Assembly (NCBI RefSeq): GCF_963921235.1
Contig: NC_086105.1
Span: 120,776,001-120,840,000 of the forward strand
Reading direction: 5' to 3'
Source: Mobula hypostoma
Lineage: Eukaryota
DNA length: 64,000 nucleotides
Position 1 is the stretch's first letter, and each line of letters begins with the position of its first letter. The position numbers were made by a program, and so were the translations under genes. Positions 1 to 13,299 of the stretch are shown here, one piece after another. The notes below the pieces were generated by a model. It saw only the letters and a list, made by a program, of their open reading frames with translations. It was not told where the DNA came from and searched no databases.

Positions 1-1724
1 GTGGAAAAATGTGTATAGAACCGGAGGAGACAACAGAGGTACTTATTGAGTACTTTGCTTCAGTATTCACTACAGAAAAGGATCTTGGCAATTGTAGGGA
101 TTACTTACAGCGGACTGAAAAGCTTGAGCATGTAGATATTAAGAAAGAGGATGTGCTAGAGCTTTTGGAAAGCATCAAGTTGGATAAGTCACCAAGACCG
201 GACGAGATGTACCCCAGGCTACTGTGGGAGGTGAGGGATGAGATTGCTGAGCTTCTGGCGATGATGTTTGCATCATCAATGGGGACGGGAGAGGTTCCGG
301 ATGATTGGAAAGTTGCGGATGTTGTTCCCTTATTCTAGAGACAGCCCAGGAAATTATGGATCAGTGAGTCTTACTTCAGTGGTTGGCAAGTTGATGGAGA
401 AGATCCTGAAAGGCAGGATTTATGAACATTTGGAGAGGCATAATATGATTAGGAAAGTTGGCATGGCTTTGTGAAAGGCAGGTCGTGCCTTACGAGCCTA
501 GTTGAATTTTTGAGGATGCGACTAAACACATTGATGAAGGTAGAGCAGTAGATGTAGTGTGTATGGATTTTGGCAAGGCATTTGATAAGGTACCCCATGC
601 AAGGCTTATTGAGAAAGTAAGGAGGCATGGGACCCAAGGAGACATTGCTTTGTGGATCCAGAACAGGCTTGCCCACAGAAGGCAAAGAGTGGTTGGAGAT
701 GAGTCATATTCTGCATGGAGGTCGGTAGCCAGTGGTGTGCCTCAGGGATCCGTTTTGGCACCCCTATTCCTTGTGACTTTTATAAATGACCTGAATGAGG
801 AAGTGGAGGGATGGGTTAGTAAATTTGCTGATGACACAAAGGTTGGGTGTGTTGTGGATAGTGTGGAGGGCTGTCAGAGGTTACAATGGGATATTAATAA
901 GATGCACAACTGGGCTGAGAAGTGGCAGATGGAGTTCAACCCAGATAAGTGTGAGGTGGTTCATTTTGGTAGGTCAAATATGATGGCAGAATATAGTATT
1001 AATGGTAAGACTCTTGGCAGTGTGGAGGATCAGAGGGATCTTGGGGTCCGAGTCCATTGGACACTCAAAGCTGCTGCACAGGTCAAATCTGTGGTTAAGA
1101 AAGGATATGGTGCATTGGCCTTCATCAATTGTGGGATTGAGTTTAGGAACCGAGGGGTAATGTTGCAGCTGTACAGGACGCTGGTCAGACCCCACTTGGA
1201 GGACTGCTCAGTTCTGGTCGCCTAACTATAGGAAGGATGTGGAAACCATAGAAAGGGTGCAGAGGAGATTTACAAGGATCTTGCTTGGATTGAGAGCATG
1301 CCTTATGAGAATAGGTTGAGTGAACTTGGCCTTTTCTCCTTGGAGCGATGAAGGATGAGAGGTGACCTGATAGAGGAGTATAAGATGAGAGGTATTGATC
1401 GTGTGGATAGTCAGAAGCTTTTTCCCAGTGCTGAAATTGCTAGCACGAGAGGGCACAGTTTTAAGGTGCTTGGAAGTAGGTACAGAGGAGATGTCAGAGG
1501 TAAGTTTTTTACACTGAGAGCGGTGAGTGCGTGGAATGGGCTGCGGCGACGGTGGTGGAGGCAGATACGATAGGGTCTTTTAAGAGACTACTGGACAGGT
1601 ACATGGAGCTCAGAAAAATAGAGGGCTATGGGTAACCCTAGGTAATTTCTAAGGTAAGGGACATGTTCGGCATAGCTTTGTGGGAGTGAAGGGCTTGTAT
1701 TTTGCTGTAGGTTTTGTATGTTCT
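1..1724 (+). mobile_element. CR1 LINE, 3' part of ORF2 (RT) plus 3' UTR, frameshifted
   Basis: ORFs contain [42 protein letters not shown] and WQMEFNPDKC; ends in a short ttgtatgttcta-type tail. Confidence 0.95.
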
Positions 1725-1943
1725 AAGTTATCGTAACGAGAGAGAGAAAAAGAAACAAAATTTTTTTTCCAAATTTCAGCGTTCCCTTGAAATGCTGCCA
1801 AGTGGAACAACTAATTGAGAACAGCAGCATAACCAGAGTAGAGCCTGAAAATATGCAGATGGGAAAAATATACTTTAAAACTGTATAAAATTAAACTATT
1901 CATGTCAGCACAGTCAGAGACTTCATTAAGTAAAATAGCATAC

Positions 1944-2109
1944 CTGTTGAAAGGTCATATAATGCAGTGACAGCAGTGATCAGCTGACAGCAAAACCGTG
2001 GACTGGCATGAACAATTCGCTTTAATGTCTGCACAGATCCTGGTACCAATATGCAGTAATCCTCAACAAGTACCTTTGCAAGTTTCACACAGAATACCGC
2101 ATGCGTTCG
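1944..2109 (-). CDS. INTS15: Integrator complex subunit 15 (C7orf26), coding exon 3
   Basis: RTHAVFCVKLAKVLVEDYCILVPGSVQTLKRIVHASPRFCCQLITAVTALYDLST matches recalled C7orf26; acceptor ttgcag, donor G|gtatgc; gene continues left of the window. Confidence 0.93.
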
Positions 2110-2461
2110 CTGCAAATCCAACCAATTTAATTTCAAACATTTTTAATGTTAAGTATCATTAAATGATTGATCTAACCATATTTAAAAATTAATAATACAA
2201 CACTGGCAATGGATACAATAAATCACGCAAGTAACTTGGTAAAATACAGAAAAGTTTTAATTACTAATATAAAACATTACTTTTATAAACTTGATAATTA
2301 TAAGGATTTTCTTTTGCAACCTAAATTAACAATCTCTTGTACTCCACAAACATATACAAATGATGGCAACAAATTATTAGAATTATACATTCATTATTAC
2401 AGAACAGCAATATACTTTACAATATCTTTTAAAATTCACTTTCTCATTAGGTGAAACATAC

Positions 2462-2683
2462 CTGCAACCATAATGCAGTACATTCCAAAATGGGAACACG
2501 ACAAATTGCTACTGCCATGGATACAAGTTTTCCCAACATAGCCAGTCTATTTTCATCAGCTTTATTACCCTGAGGACCAAACAGTGCAGAGAAGATGATC
2601 TGTCGAACTGCATCTTTACTCTGTTCTTGGAAGTAACTACACATGATCTCCAGCAATTGTAGCTCCTGTAATGAACTTAACCG
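2462..2683 (-). CDS. INTS15: INTS15 coding exon 2
   Basis: RLSSLQELQLLEIMCSYFQEQSKDAVRQIIFSALFGPQGNKADENRLAMLGKLVSMAVAICRVPILECTALWLQ; 222 nt, phase 0/0; acceptor ttgtaag, donor gtatgt. Confidence 0.95.
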
Positions 2684-3014
2684 CTTACAATAAAAAACAA
2701 TATAATTAGTACACAGTAGAAATATGACCTCTCAGAAGAAAGCACAATTAAAATAAATTTTAAAAAGACACACATCATTGGAAAACTAATGGCCTACAAC
2801 TTACTAAGAATAGCAGACTCACCTGCCCCCAGATCAGTTTTTTTCCCCTACTAAGCAGATACCCCCATCTAATCCTTCTTCACAGATGATAGAAATGCTT
2901 TTGGTAGCCCAACAAATCTCAGCCTAAGCCCAAACAGACTGTCAAACAGCTTGAAAATTGAAGAATTTCTCCAATATTTACAGGTATTTGAAAATTAAAC
3001 TAAATGTAATTTTT

Positions 3015-3328
3015 AGCAACACACATCAAAGTTGCTGGTGAACGCAGCAGGCCAGGCAGCATCTCTAGGAAGAGGTACAGTCCACATTTCAGGCCGAGAC
3101 CCTTCGTCAGGACTAACGGAAGGAAGAGTTAGTAAAAGATTGAAGGAACAGATTGTAGTAAGAGATTGAAGATAATCTCTTACTAACTGTTCCTTCAGTT
3201 AGTCCTGACGAAGGGTCTCAGCCTAAAACGTCGACAGTACCTCTTCCTAGAGATGCTGCCTGGCCTGCTGCGTTCACCAGCAACTTTGATGTGTGTTGCT
3301 TGAATTTCCAGCATCTGCAGAATTCCTC
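3015..3328. mobile_element. Penelope-derived fold-back element with two hammerhead motifs
   Basis: Inverted arms 3015-3141 and 3174-3300, then a 3' tail; 12-bp direct repeat ATGTAATTTTTA at 3004-3015 and 3329-3340. Confidence 0.85.
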
Positions 3329-3684
3329 ATGTAATTTTTAAATGTTTAAAACACCAGAAACCACTAAAAATGGAATTTAGTGTTATCAGAAAAATAAAAT
3401 TAAAGTTTATTCCATTTCTCCACACTAAAATCAAGAAGTCAAACAGGTATGTTTCCCATCATATGGAAATCTGGGACTTCCTCATTCTTACATGCTTATA
3501 TTAGAGTCCCAAACTTACTATCCACCATGATAAATTCTAGAGGTCTGTCATACATGAAAAGAACAAATGCTTTAAGCCTAGTCCTTATTCTCAAAAAGGG
3601 CATTGCCTGAAACGTTTAACTATTCCATTCTTTCCATGCATTTCTAGTTTGTTTTTGTAGTTCCAAAGTTTGCAAATTTCATAT

Positions 3685-4372
3685 ACCATACAGCCCTCAT
3701 TGCAGAAGGAAAAGCTCCATTCAATGCAGGTTGGCATTTCCATTGTATCCTGGATAACGGACTACCTGACTGGCAGACCACGGTTTGTACAGCTTCAGAG
3801 CTGTGTGTCAGTCATGACTATAAGCAGCACTGGGGGCCAACAGAGAGCAGAATTGGCCCCCTTTCTGTTTACCCTGTATAGCTCAGACTTTAGATATAAC
3901 ACAGAGTCATGTCATCTGCAGAAATTCTCTGATAACTAAGCAATAGCTGGGTGCATAAAGGGAGGACACAAGGATTTTGTCAAATGGTGCAGGCTGAATC
4001 AACTGCAGCTCAACATCAGTAAGACAAAAGAAATGGTGATGGACTTTAGGAAGACAAAGCCTGCATAGCTCCCGGTTATTACTGATGGTGAGGACCTACA
4101 AGTACCTGGGGGTGCACCTGGATGACAGACTTGATTAGAGCATCAACACAGAGGCTGTATTCAAGAAGGGCCAGAGTTGCCTCTACTTCCTGAGGAGACT
4201 GAGGTCTTTTGGAGTATGCAGGCCTCTCCTTCACATATTCTACCAGTCTGTTATCACCAGTACAATCTTCTATGCAGTGGTGTGCTGGGGCAATGGCATC
4301 AACATGAGTGATGCCAACAGGCTCAAAATACTGATTAGAAAGGCTGGCTCTATTATAGGAGTCAAACTGGAC
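3685..4372 (+). mobile_element. Rex1-type LINE RT fragment
   Basis: WITDYLTGRP...LAPFLFTLYSSDFRYNTESCHLQKFSD, followed by the LQLNISKTKEMVMDFRK and LYFLRRLRSF-type regions. Confidence 0.85.
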
Positions 4373-4489
4373 ATACTAGTCCAGTTTGAATTATGGTTTG
4401 AATTATAGGTCTTTTAAAATTATAGGTCATGCTAGTCTGAATTATGGGTCTTCTGAAATTATCTTGTACAGTTTACTTATTTAACTTAC

Positions 4490-4681
4490 TTTTGGCTGTG
4501 TGTTACGTTCTTTTGGAAGCTGAAAAATAAATTCCTCCACCAGTTCAATGGTGGACTTGTCAACCAGTGGACCAGGTACATTCTGCAGCTGGCTGTTGAA
4601 GAAAATGTCCAAATGATACAGGAGTTCTTTTGCTGCACTTAAAGCATCTCGCCTCAAAAGGGAATGGCGAATATCAGTCAT
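4490..4681 (-). CDS. INTS15: INTS15 coding exon 1 (start codon)
   Basis: MTDIRHSLLRRDALSAAKELLYHLDIFFNSQLQNVPGPLVDKSTIELVEEFIFQLPKERNTQPK; donor gtaagt; acceptor aacag|G-ATG with a CTAAC branch point upstream. Confidence 0.95.
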
Positions 4682-5924
4682 CCTGTTCGGTAGACACACA
4701 TAAGTTAGCAGTGCAATAAAATACAGGATACTTTCATTTTATTTACTTCAGTAGTTTGCATCTTATTCTACAGAAGGATACGTAAAATTAGAACTTAACT
4801 TTAGGATCTACAAAAGTTTAAATAAGTTTATTCCAAGTCATTTCTGTAATCTTTATTTTACCTCAAGGTCACTTTAATATAAAATCTGCCTTTCCGTGAA
4901 ATATGTTCACTATCACTTTATGGAAAACACATTTTAACATTTAACAAATTTAATCTAATCACATTTTCACAAGAAACCTAGCACCTCGTGACCTGTCAGA
5001 CTTTCCATAAGTAGATATAATGTTCAAGCATTTTTAAATCAGCAAATCTTTTTCTAGAGTCCAATCATTTAGCAGATAAAATACTAAATTATCAGAAATT
5101 ATCACTGTAATTCTTGTTTGTCTAAACAATTATATCATGTGCTTTAAAATATTCTGATGTAAAGGGTGTAAATATATTTTTCCTACATTCACTATTTCTG
5201 CCTGATTGTTTTACTCTTTTGTTACATTGACAGTTACAGTACTAATAACCAAATTTCCTGAAAGTTTGAGATAAGAGCACAATATACCTAGATTGCTTAA
5301 ATATTTAGTACAATTTATAAGTAGTCACCAACTGGAACCTATAAAATTTGTACTATGAATTATTAAAGCTGTCATTTACTGCCCCATATTTTGTGGCCAG
5401 TGACAAAAGGACACCACCTCCCAATGGTTTCTGAAATTCAATTTTAATTTCTTCCATTTTTGTGAGATTTTCACGCCACAATCATCAACAGGGAACCTAT
5501 AGGTCGAGGAACAGGCTGAGCTCCACAGTAACAGCTCTTGCTGTCAGCAAATAAGTAATAAACACTAATTATATATTTTTTAAATTATATTACAAAAAAA
5601 TAAAATGAAAAGTTTGATATATTAATATCGGGATTAAGACAGAAACTGAAATATGAAGTAATTAAGTTAATAACAGACATTTCAAAATAAATGGAATTTA
5701 TTGTCAGCATATGGAGAGAATGACACACAAGTTAACAAAATTTGTTCCTTGGCAGTAAAGAGACTGATTACAGTAATTTTCCTTTAATAAACCATTAAAA
5801 ATTAACCTTATTCAACATTTTCATTGGTTTTTATACAAGAAAGGCACACAAGTAGTCAAGTTCAAGTTATATTAACTACAGTCACTGTCAGAGCCAACCT
5901 GCAGAATAGCAGTCAGCAATTTGC

Positions 5925-7570
5925 ATAAGACCATAAGATATAGGAGCAGAATTAGGCCATTTGGCCCATCAGGTCTGCTCTGCCATTTCATCATGGCTGA
6001 TTCAATTTCCCTCTCAGCCCCCATCTCCTGCCTTCTCCCTGTATCCCTTCATGCCCTGAACAATCAAGAATCTATCATCCTCTGCCATAAATATACATAA
6101 ATAAACACTTGGCCTCCACAGATGCCTGTGGCAAAGAATTCTCTGGCTAAAGAAATTCTTCCTCATCCGTCCTAAAAGGATGCCCCTCTATTCTGAGGCT
6201 GTGTCCTCTTGTCTTAAGCTCTCCCACCATAGGGAACATGCTCTCCACATTCACTATAACAAAGCCTTTTGCCATTTGACAGGTTTCAATGAGGTCACTC
6301 CTCATTCTTCTGAATTCTAGTGAAAGCAGGCCCAGAGCTATCAAACGCCACTCTTCATGACAAGCCATTCAATCCTGCAATCATTTTACTGAACCTCCTT
6401 TGAACCCTCTCCAGTTTCAGCACATCCTTTCTAAGGGGCCCAAAACTGTTCACAATACTCCAAGTGAGACTTCACCAGTGTTTTATAAAGTCTCAACATT
6501 ACATCTTTGCTTTTATATTCTAGGCAAATGTATGTTGACATTGCATTTGCCTTCCTCACCAGACTCATCCGGCAAATTAACCTTTAGGTAATCCTGCACA
6601 AGGACTCCTAATTCCCTTTGCACCTCAGTTTTTTTGTACTTTCTCTCCATTTAGAAAATAGTCAACCCTTTCATTTCTACATAAGACCATGACCACACAC
6701 TTCCCGACACTGTATTCCAACTGCCATTTCTTTGCCTTTTCTCCTAATCTGTCAAAGTCCTTCTGCAGCCTCTCCACTTCCCCAAAACTACCTGCCCCTC
6801 CACCTATCTTCATATCATCCGCAAACTTTGCAACAAAGCCATCAATTTCATCATCTGAATCATTGACATATAACATAAAAAGAATCGGACCTAATACCGA
6901 CCCTGTGGAACACCATTAGACACCAGCAGCCAATCAGAAAAGGCTCCCTTTACTCCCAATCCTTGCCTCCAGCCCAATCAGCCAATTCTTTATCCATGCT
7001 AGAATCTTTCCTGTAATACCATGGGCTTGTAGTTTGTTAAGTAGCTTCATGTGCTGCACCTTGTGAAAGGCCTTCAGAAAATCCAAGTACGCACTATCTA
7101 CCGATTCTCCTTTGTTTGTCCTGCTTGTTATATTTTCAAAGAATTCCAAAAGATTTGTCAGGCAAGATTTTCCCTTGAGGGAACCATACTAACTGCAGCT
7201 TATTTTATCATATGCCTCCAAGTATCCTGAGACCTCATCCTTAATAATCAACTCCAACATCTTCCTAACCACAGAAGTCAGACTAACCGGCCTATAGTTT
7301 CCTTTCTTCTGCCTCTCGCCCTTCTTGAAGAGCAGAGTGACATTTGCAATTTTCCAGTCCTCCAAAACCATTCCAAAATCTGGAGATTCTTGAGAGATCA
7401 TTACTAATACCACCACAATCTCTTCAGCCACCACTTTTAGAACTCTAGGGCGTACACTATCTGATCCAGGTGACTTATCTACCTTCAGATCTTTCAGTTT
7501 CCCCAAGAACCTTCTCTCTAGTTATGTTAACTCCACATACTTCAGACCCCCATCACCTGGAACTTCCATC
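5925..7570 (-). mobile_element. CR1 LINE ORF2 and 3' UTR, degenerate
   Basis: LKVDKSPGSDSVRPRVLK, GNYRPVSLTS, YLDFLKAFHKV and KFADDMK; (cttatg)n-like tail near 5925. Confidence 0.93.
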
Positions 7571-7609
7571 ATATTCCAGCACGATTACTACTATGGGAAC
7601 TTAACGCAG

Positions 7610-7762
7610 AGTTGGTAAGAACTTGATTAGTAGGGTTGTCAAAGGTTACACGGAGAATGCAGGGGAATGGGGTTTTGAAAGAAAATCAATTTTCCATGAT
7701 CAAATGGCAGAGCAGACTCGATGGGATAATTGTCCTAATTCTGCTCCCATGTCTCATGGTCT
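7610..7762 (+). mobile_element. CR1 3' UTR fragment
   Basis: ggcagagcagactcgatggg...ctaattctgctcccatgtctcatggtctt terminus. Confidence 0.7.
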
Positions 7763-8329
7763 TAAATGCTTTGAGTTGTATGGTATAAAAGTGAATTTTG
7801 AGAATTCTTCTTAGCACTGAATATTCTAGGCTATTGCTTGTTTACTAAAACTTTTAAGCTGATGGTGACCTTCAGCAAATGGAAATCTTTAGTGGCATCT
7901 TTAACAAGAAACTGTCTTGGGCACAATGGAATATATTATTCATAAAATCAAGATGATTTGGTTTAAAAAAGGTATTGATATTGTAAACAGAAAAATTAAT
8001 ACCTATTACAAAACTGCCCGAGGGGAAAATTTGATCTACTAACTTCTGAATGTATCAGCTACATCCAGTGCAGAGCAGCAATAAACAACTAAATCACTCT
8101 CGGAGAACTGCATTTAACATCAGCCAAATGAAGATGGCACTGGCATTAAGGAGGAACCTTACTATCCAAGAAGAAACAGCAATGATAGGATAAGCTATTG
8201 TACTAAATGTCATTTCATCTCTAGCTTTACAAGATTGATGACAAGCCCAAAGACTTAATTTAGTGGACTAAATGGCCTAATTCTGCTCCCATGTCAAATA
8301 ATTAATGTCTCATAATTGTATAAGTACCT

Positions 8330-9080
8330 TCAAACTGCGTCCTATTCCCAATGATCTTCAGTGACATTCTACCCATCACAAGGTCAGAATTGGTGACTGT
8401 ACAATGCTATTACAGCTCCTCAGAAAATGAAGCTGTCTACACAGACATGAAGCAAGATCTAAACAACGTAACAGGCATCGGTTGATAATGACAAGTAACA
8501 TTTATCCCACAAAAGTGCCAAACAATAACCATTTTCAACAAGAAAGTGTACAATAATCACCTACTGCAGATATTCAATGGCAATGTCATCATTATATCCC
8601 CTTCCCATCAACATAATTGATGGAAAACTCAAATGGCTCAGCAGATTATATGTTGTGGGTTCAAGAACACAGTAAGAGGCTGGGTATCCTGCTATGCACA
8701 ACTTATCCTAAAGACTTCACACAACTCACAAGATACTAGTTAGGTACTAGTTATGCTTAAATTAATGTAGTTCCAACAACATTTCAAAGCTCAACACCAT
8801 CAAGAAAAAAGTAGGCGGCATGACTGCAACCCAAGCACCACCCTAAATATTCAGTCTCTCCACCAGCTGAGCACCATGACCGAAGTACACGTCATCTACA
8901 AAAATGCACTACAATTACATACCAGGACAATTCCAACATGTTCAGAACCCAAAACATCTACCAATGCAGAATAAGTGAAAAGGCACCCAAAAACATCACC
9001 AACTGCACATGTTCCCGTTAAGTCAAACATATCCCCATTACCCATCATGCCTGGTCACAGATTCCAGAACTCCCAATACA
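8330..9080 (+). mobile_element. Ancient CR1/L2-group LINE remnant
   Basis: Decayed EAVxxDMxQDL..WADKWQVTFxPxKCQ-like RT C-terminal signature. Confidence 0.55.
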
Positions 9081-9109
9081 AGCATCAGGATAATTAGTTT
9101 ACTTGTGTA

Positions 9110-10280
9110 TGTCATGGAAGTTGGAGATGTTACAGATAGCCAGGAAGACTGTCTAAGGATGCAGATCACATAGAAAATTGGGCAGAGTTTTGGTGGATGG
9201 AATTTAACCACCACAAATGGAAGATCATGCATTTTGGGAATTCAAAAGAAGGGCGAGTCATTTACAGCAAATGATAGGTTCTAATGAACATCGATGAACA
9301 GAAAGTCCTTGGGATTCAACTCTATAGTTCCCTGAATGGTCACACAGGGTGACAAAGATGACATAGATCAGGACACAGAACATAAAGGACACTTTATAAC
9401 AGCAGTGAGACTGCACTTGCAGTACTGTGCATTTCTGGTTACCACACCATAGTAAGCATGTGGTTGTGCTGGAGAGAATACAGAGAAGATTCACCAGCAC
9501 ATTGGCTGGATTGGAGGAGAGATGTCCCAAGAGCAGTGGAAATGGAGGGGTGGCCTGATAGTGGTATGTAAAATTATAAACAGTCAATATCTTTTACCCA
9601 TAGTGGGTATAATCACAAACAAGTGGACATGGGTTTAAAGTGAGAGAAGAGTTTTAAAGGGAATTTGAGGGAAAAGTTTTATTTGACACAGATCAACACA
9701 CACAAAATGATGGAGAAACTCAGCAGGTCAGGCAGCATCTATGGAAATTAATACAGTTGACATTTTGGGCCATGGCCCTTCTTCAGGACTAAGAAGGGAA
9801 GGGGAAGATAGCAAAGTCAAAAGGTGGGAGAAGGGGAGGGAGGCTAGTTGGAAGGTGATAGGTGAAGACAGGTGAGCAGGAGAGGTCAAGAGCTGGAGAA
9901 GAAGGAATCTGATATGAGAGGAGAGTGGATCATAGGGGAAAGGGAAGGAGGGAGGACCCAGAGGGAAATGATAGACAGGTGAGGAGGTAAAAGGTCAGAG
10001 TGGGGACTAGAGGAAGAGAAGGGGTGAATTGTTTACCAGAAGGAGAGACGATTGATACTCATGCCATCACAGATAGTGGTTGATATTTAGAACTCTGCTA
10101 CAGGAGATGATGGAGGAATTGAATACAACCATTTGCCTAGGAGATAATTAGAAAGACACTTAAAGTCAAAGAAAGATGCAGATGTACAGCAGGCAATTAG
10201 GATGAGCATTGATGGCCAAAAACAGTTGGCATAGATGCAGCAGGCTAAAGGTTCACTTCTGTTCTGTAACTCTGCGGTTA
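9110..10280 (+). mobile_element. Old CR1 3' portion, interrupted by a Penelope insertion
   Basis: Decayed WxMEFN, cacttgcagtactgtg and agaagattcacca motifs; resumes after about 10070. Confidence 0.7.
9694..10070 (-). mobile_element. Penelope-like element 3' end (pLTR) with degenerate hammerhead at 9755-9790
   Basis: aacacacacaaaatgatggagaaactcagcaggtcaggcagcatctatgg terminus and a purine-rich body like the reverse complement of 24300-24688. Confidence 0.8.
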
Positions 10281-11449
10281 TGATTCTAATTGTACTGCGG
10301 GAGTACCGTCACCAAAAGCACTACAGTGCGTGAAGGTGGCAGCTCACTACCATGTACTTGAGGGCAAATAGAGATAAGCCATGAATGCTGAAAAATAAAT
10401 GACAAATATTGTTCATGGAATTATAACCAAGTTCCAAAATGCATTAATTAACAGCTATGGCAAGAAGGCAGGTTGCCTTGACAAATTTGTTCAGTTCTGA
10501 CAAGACCATCATGCACACATGCATTGTAGTTATTTGCCTAGGCTATTCTGAAAGCAGCCAAATTCCAGTGACACAGAGATTTTGTAGAAACCATACTCTA
10601 GATTATCTTTTAAAATTACTTCATTTGTCTGATTAACAATCTTGTTCTATGTGTTTAAATAAACAAAAAATATTTTGTTTCTATGTAACTTTACCAGGCT
10701 GATCCACAAACTTCCAGGTGTATACCAAAATCATAACTCGACTAATGACAAGCTATTCAAATTGCATGTGACGACTTGCTCATTTGAAAGGAAGTCTCTT
10801 AACTGAGTCAGTAATAATTATTTTCTCCTTATTTAATCTAATCTCAATGGACACATCCTGCAATAATATTCTGTTAACCACAGCAGATTTTAAACATCTA
10901 CCATTTAAACTAAGAATGCATTTATTTCAGATTTGAAAAGGTGAAAAAATAACTCTTAATCGTAAAACTGATCTGAACAAGTAGCCATATAGAACAGGAA
11001 AGTTGACCGTGCCTGTGAATAGCTTATGCATTCACAGGCCAGGACATCAAAATAAAGTTAGAAGTTATGATTGGTGGAGTTGAGAAGTTGTTTTGAATCA
11101 ACATATTAAGCCTTTGTGTTTGCAGACTCACTTGGTAATAATCTCCACTCTAAGGCAGAAATGTTTGTGTTCAAATACTACTTTGGAACAAAATAAGCTC
11201 AAGACTAATAACAAATGGAAAAAGTACAATGTCATTTGAAATCGAGGACAGAAAGTTGTAGGAAGAAGGATGGAGGCGTTATTCGCAGGTGTCAAGACCA
11301 CGACTTTTCACATCAGAAACATTTTGGTCACGATCGACCTTCTGTTTGTGGGCACATGCTGTGTGCAGCGTGACGCCATTGCAAACAACTTCTCTTCAGA
11401 AAAGGGAGTGAAACCGAAGTACGCAGCATGGAGGCCTTGACTTTCTTAG

Positions 11450-11780
11450 TGTCTTTCCCCCATGCCCCAAAGCCCAAATGTTAGCAGAGGCCCAGTCCAC
11501 GCTCCACCGCTGCCGGTCCGAGGGGGGCCCAAACCTTCCGCCGCTCAGCAGAAGCACTCACCCGATGCCGGCCTTGAACGGCTTGTGGCCGGCCCGGAGC
11601 AGGTGAGAGGGAGACTGGATGGCGCACGACGGGATCCCGAAGGTGGGCAGACAGGTAGCTCAACCCCACATCTCGACAGCCACTGGGAACTCAACACCGG
11701 AATCTCATCTCACTCCCAACAACGGCTGCAGAGGCCGATGGGACGGACGGCGGCCGCACGGATTCAAATCGCACATATAT
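11450..11780 (-). promoter_or_regulatory. INTS15: CpG island: probable INTS15 promoter and non-coding exon 1 (about 11760 to 11562)
   Basis: Non-repeat GC/CpG-rich island upstream of the ATG exon; consensus minus-strand donor CGG|GTGAGT at 11562/11561. Confidence 0.7.
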
Positions 11781-12159
11781 TGAACTGGTTTCTGCTAATA
11801 CCCCAAAACAAATATAACCATATTTATCTACCTGTTAAGTTTCTGTTTGCACATTAGTCAACCGTAACTTAATACTTTTACGATGTCCTCAGGTTGAGTT
11901 CAAATTACTGAGGTTTCTTTTCAGATATTGTTATTTATTTTGAACCAATACACCATGCCTTTATACCAATATAATGCTTGCAGGCTGAGCGAGTCATACT
12001 GCGCTCAAAGGCAAAGTTTCTGTGTGAAAATGTTGATTAAATAGTTAGTGGAATGATAGAAAATTTTGTAAACAGGTGGTTTGGAAATCATGTCAAACGT
12101 CTAAACACAAGAGATTCTGCAGATCCTGGAAACACAAAATGCTGGAGCTAATCAATGAT

Positions 12160-13110
12160 ACAAGATTTAAGATTGTTTAACGTAATTTTCTGTATTCAGT
12201 GTAAGGAGAACAAAATAATTGTTAGTCTATATCCGATGCAACACAAAAAATTAAGCCCACAATAATAATAAAATAAACACAATAAACATAAAAGATGGCT
12301 TATAATACATAAATTGATTGTATGTCCACAAAGTGACACTAGGTTGTACAAAATGTGACTGAGGGAAAATAATAAAGTAGAGGTTGAGTTGGTGGGTGGA
12401 TGTGTTGATCAGTCTTGCTGCTTGGGAAAGTGACTGTTACTTTGAGTATGGTGATCCTGGTGTCATTGCTATGTAGCCTCCTCCCTGATGGTAGTGGAGC
12501 ACAGTCCGTGAGCTGGGTGTGTGGTGTGTGGGATTCTTCATGATGGTACTGGCTCTTTTTCAACACCTTTCTGTATAAGTGTCATTAATACCGGGTAAGA
12601 TGGTGCCAGTGATGCGTTGGGCAGTTTTGACAACCCACGCCAGAGCTTTTTTGCCCGCCATAGTCAAGTTTCCATACCATGCAGTGATGCAGCTTGTTAG
12701 GATGCTCTCTACTTTGCATATGTAGAATGACTTGCGGTAGACATGCAAAGTCCAGCTGTCTTCGGCCTCCTCTGAAAGTAAAGGCTTTTGGTGACCTTTC
12801 TTAACTGTGCAAGATGTATTCTGGGCCATGATAGGTTGTGTACGATGGGCACTGCCCAGGAGTTTGAAACGGCTTTGAGTTTCCAGTTTCCACTGCTGTG
12901 CCCTGATGTTAAGCGGGGGGGTGAATGCAGTGAGTTCTCCTGGATCTCCTTTGTCTTCTTGACACGACGGAAGTGATTTTTTGGCTGGCACCCGTGTTGA
13001 GGATGATGTGGATGGAGGGGCAGATGTGCATCCTGACTACCTGAGCTCTGTTCATTAGGAAGACTAACACTGTGTTGCATGATGGCGTATTTAGACAAGA
13101 GTATGAGCTT
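12160..13110 (-). mobile_element. Rex1/Babar LINE 3' portion
   Basis: KVESILTSCITAWYGN...VVKTAQRITG and LPSGRRL motifs. Confidence 0.8.
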
Positions 13111-13299
13111 GTTCACCACGGTTTGATACAATTGTATTTCAATGCTATATTGACTGTTCTGTTGTATATTTTACTGTACATACTATTTATTACAAATTAC
13201 TATAATTTGCACATTGAATATTTAGATGGAGATGTAATGTAAAGATTTTTACTCCTCACATATTTGAAGAATGTAAGAAATAAAGTCAATTCAATTCAG

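Noticed and set aside
4683-4731. U12-like GTATCCT donor upstream of the INTS15 ATG
   Set aside because: The implied intron would be only 49 nt, and the acceptor has a U2-type CTAAC branch point
11462-11857. 131-aa plus-strand ORF in the CpG island
   Set aside because: No recognisable domain; typical GC-rich spurious ORF antisense to the INTS15 5' exon
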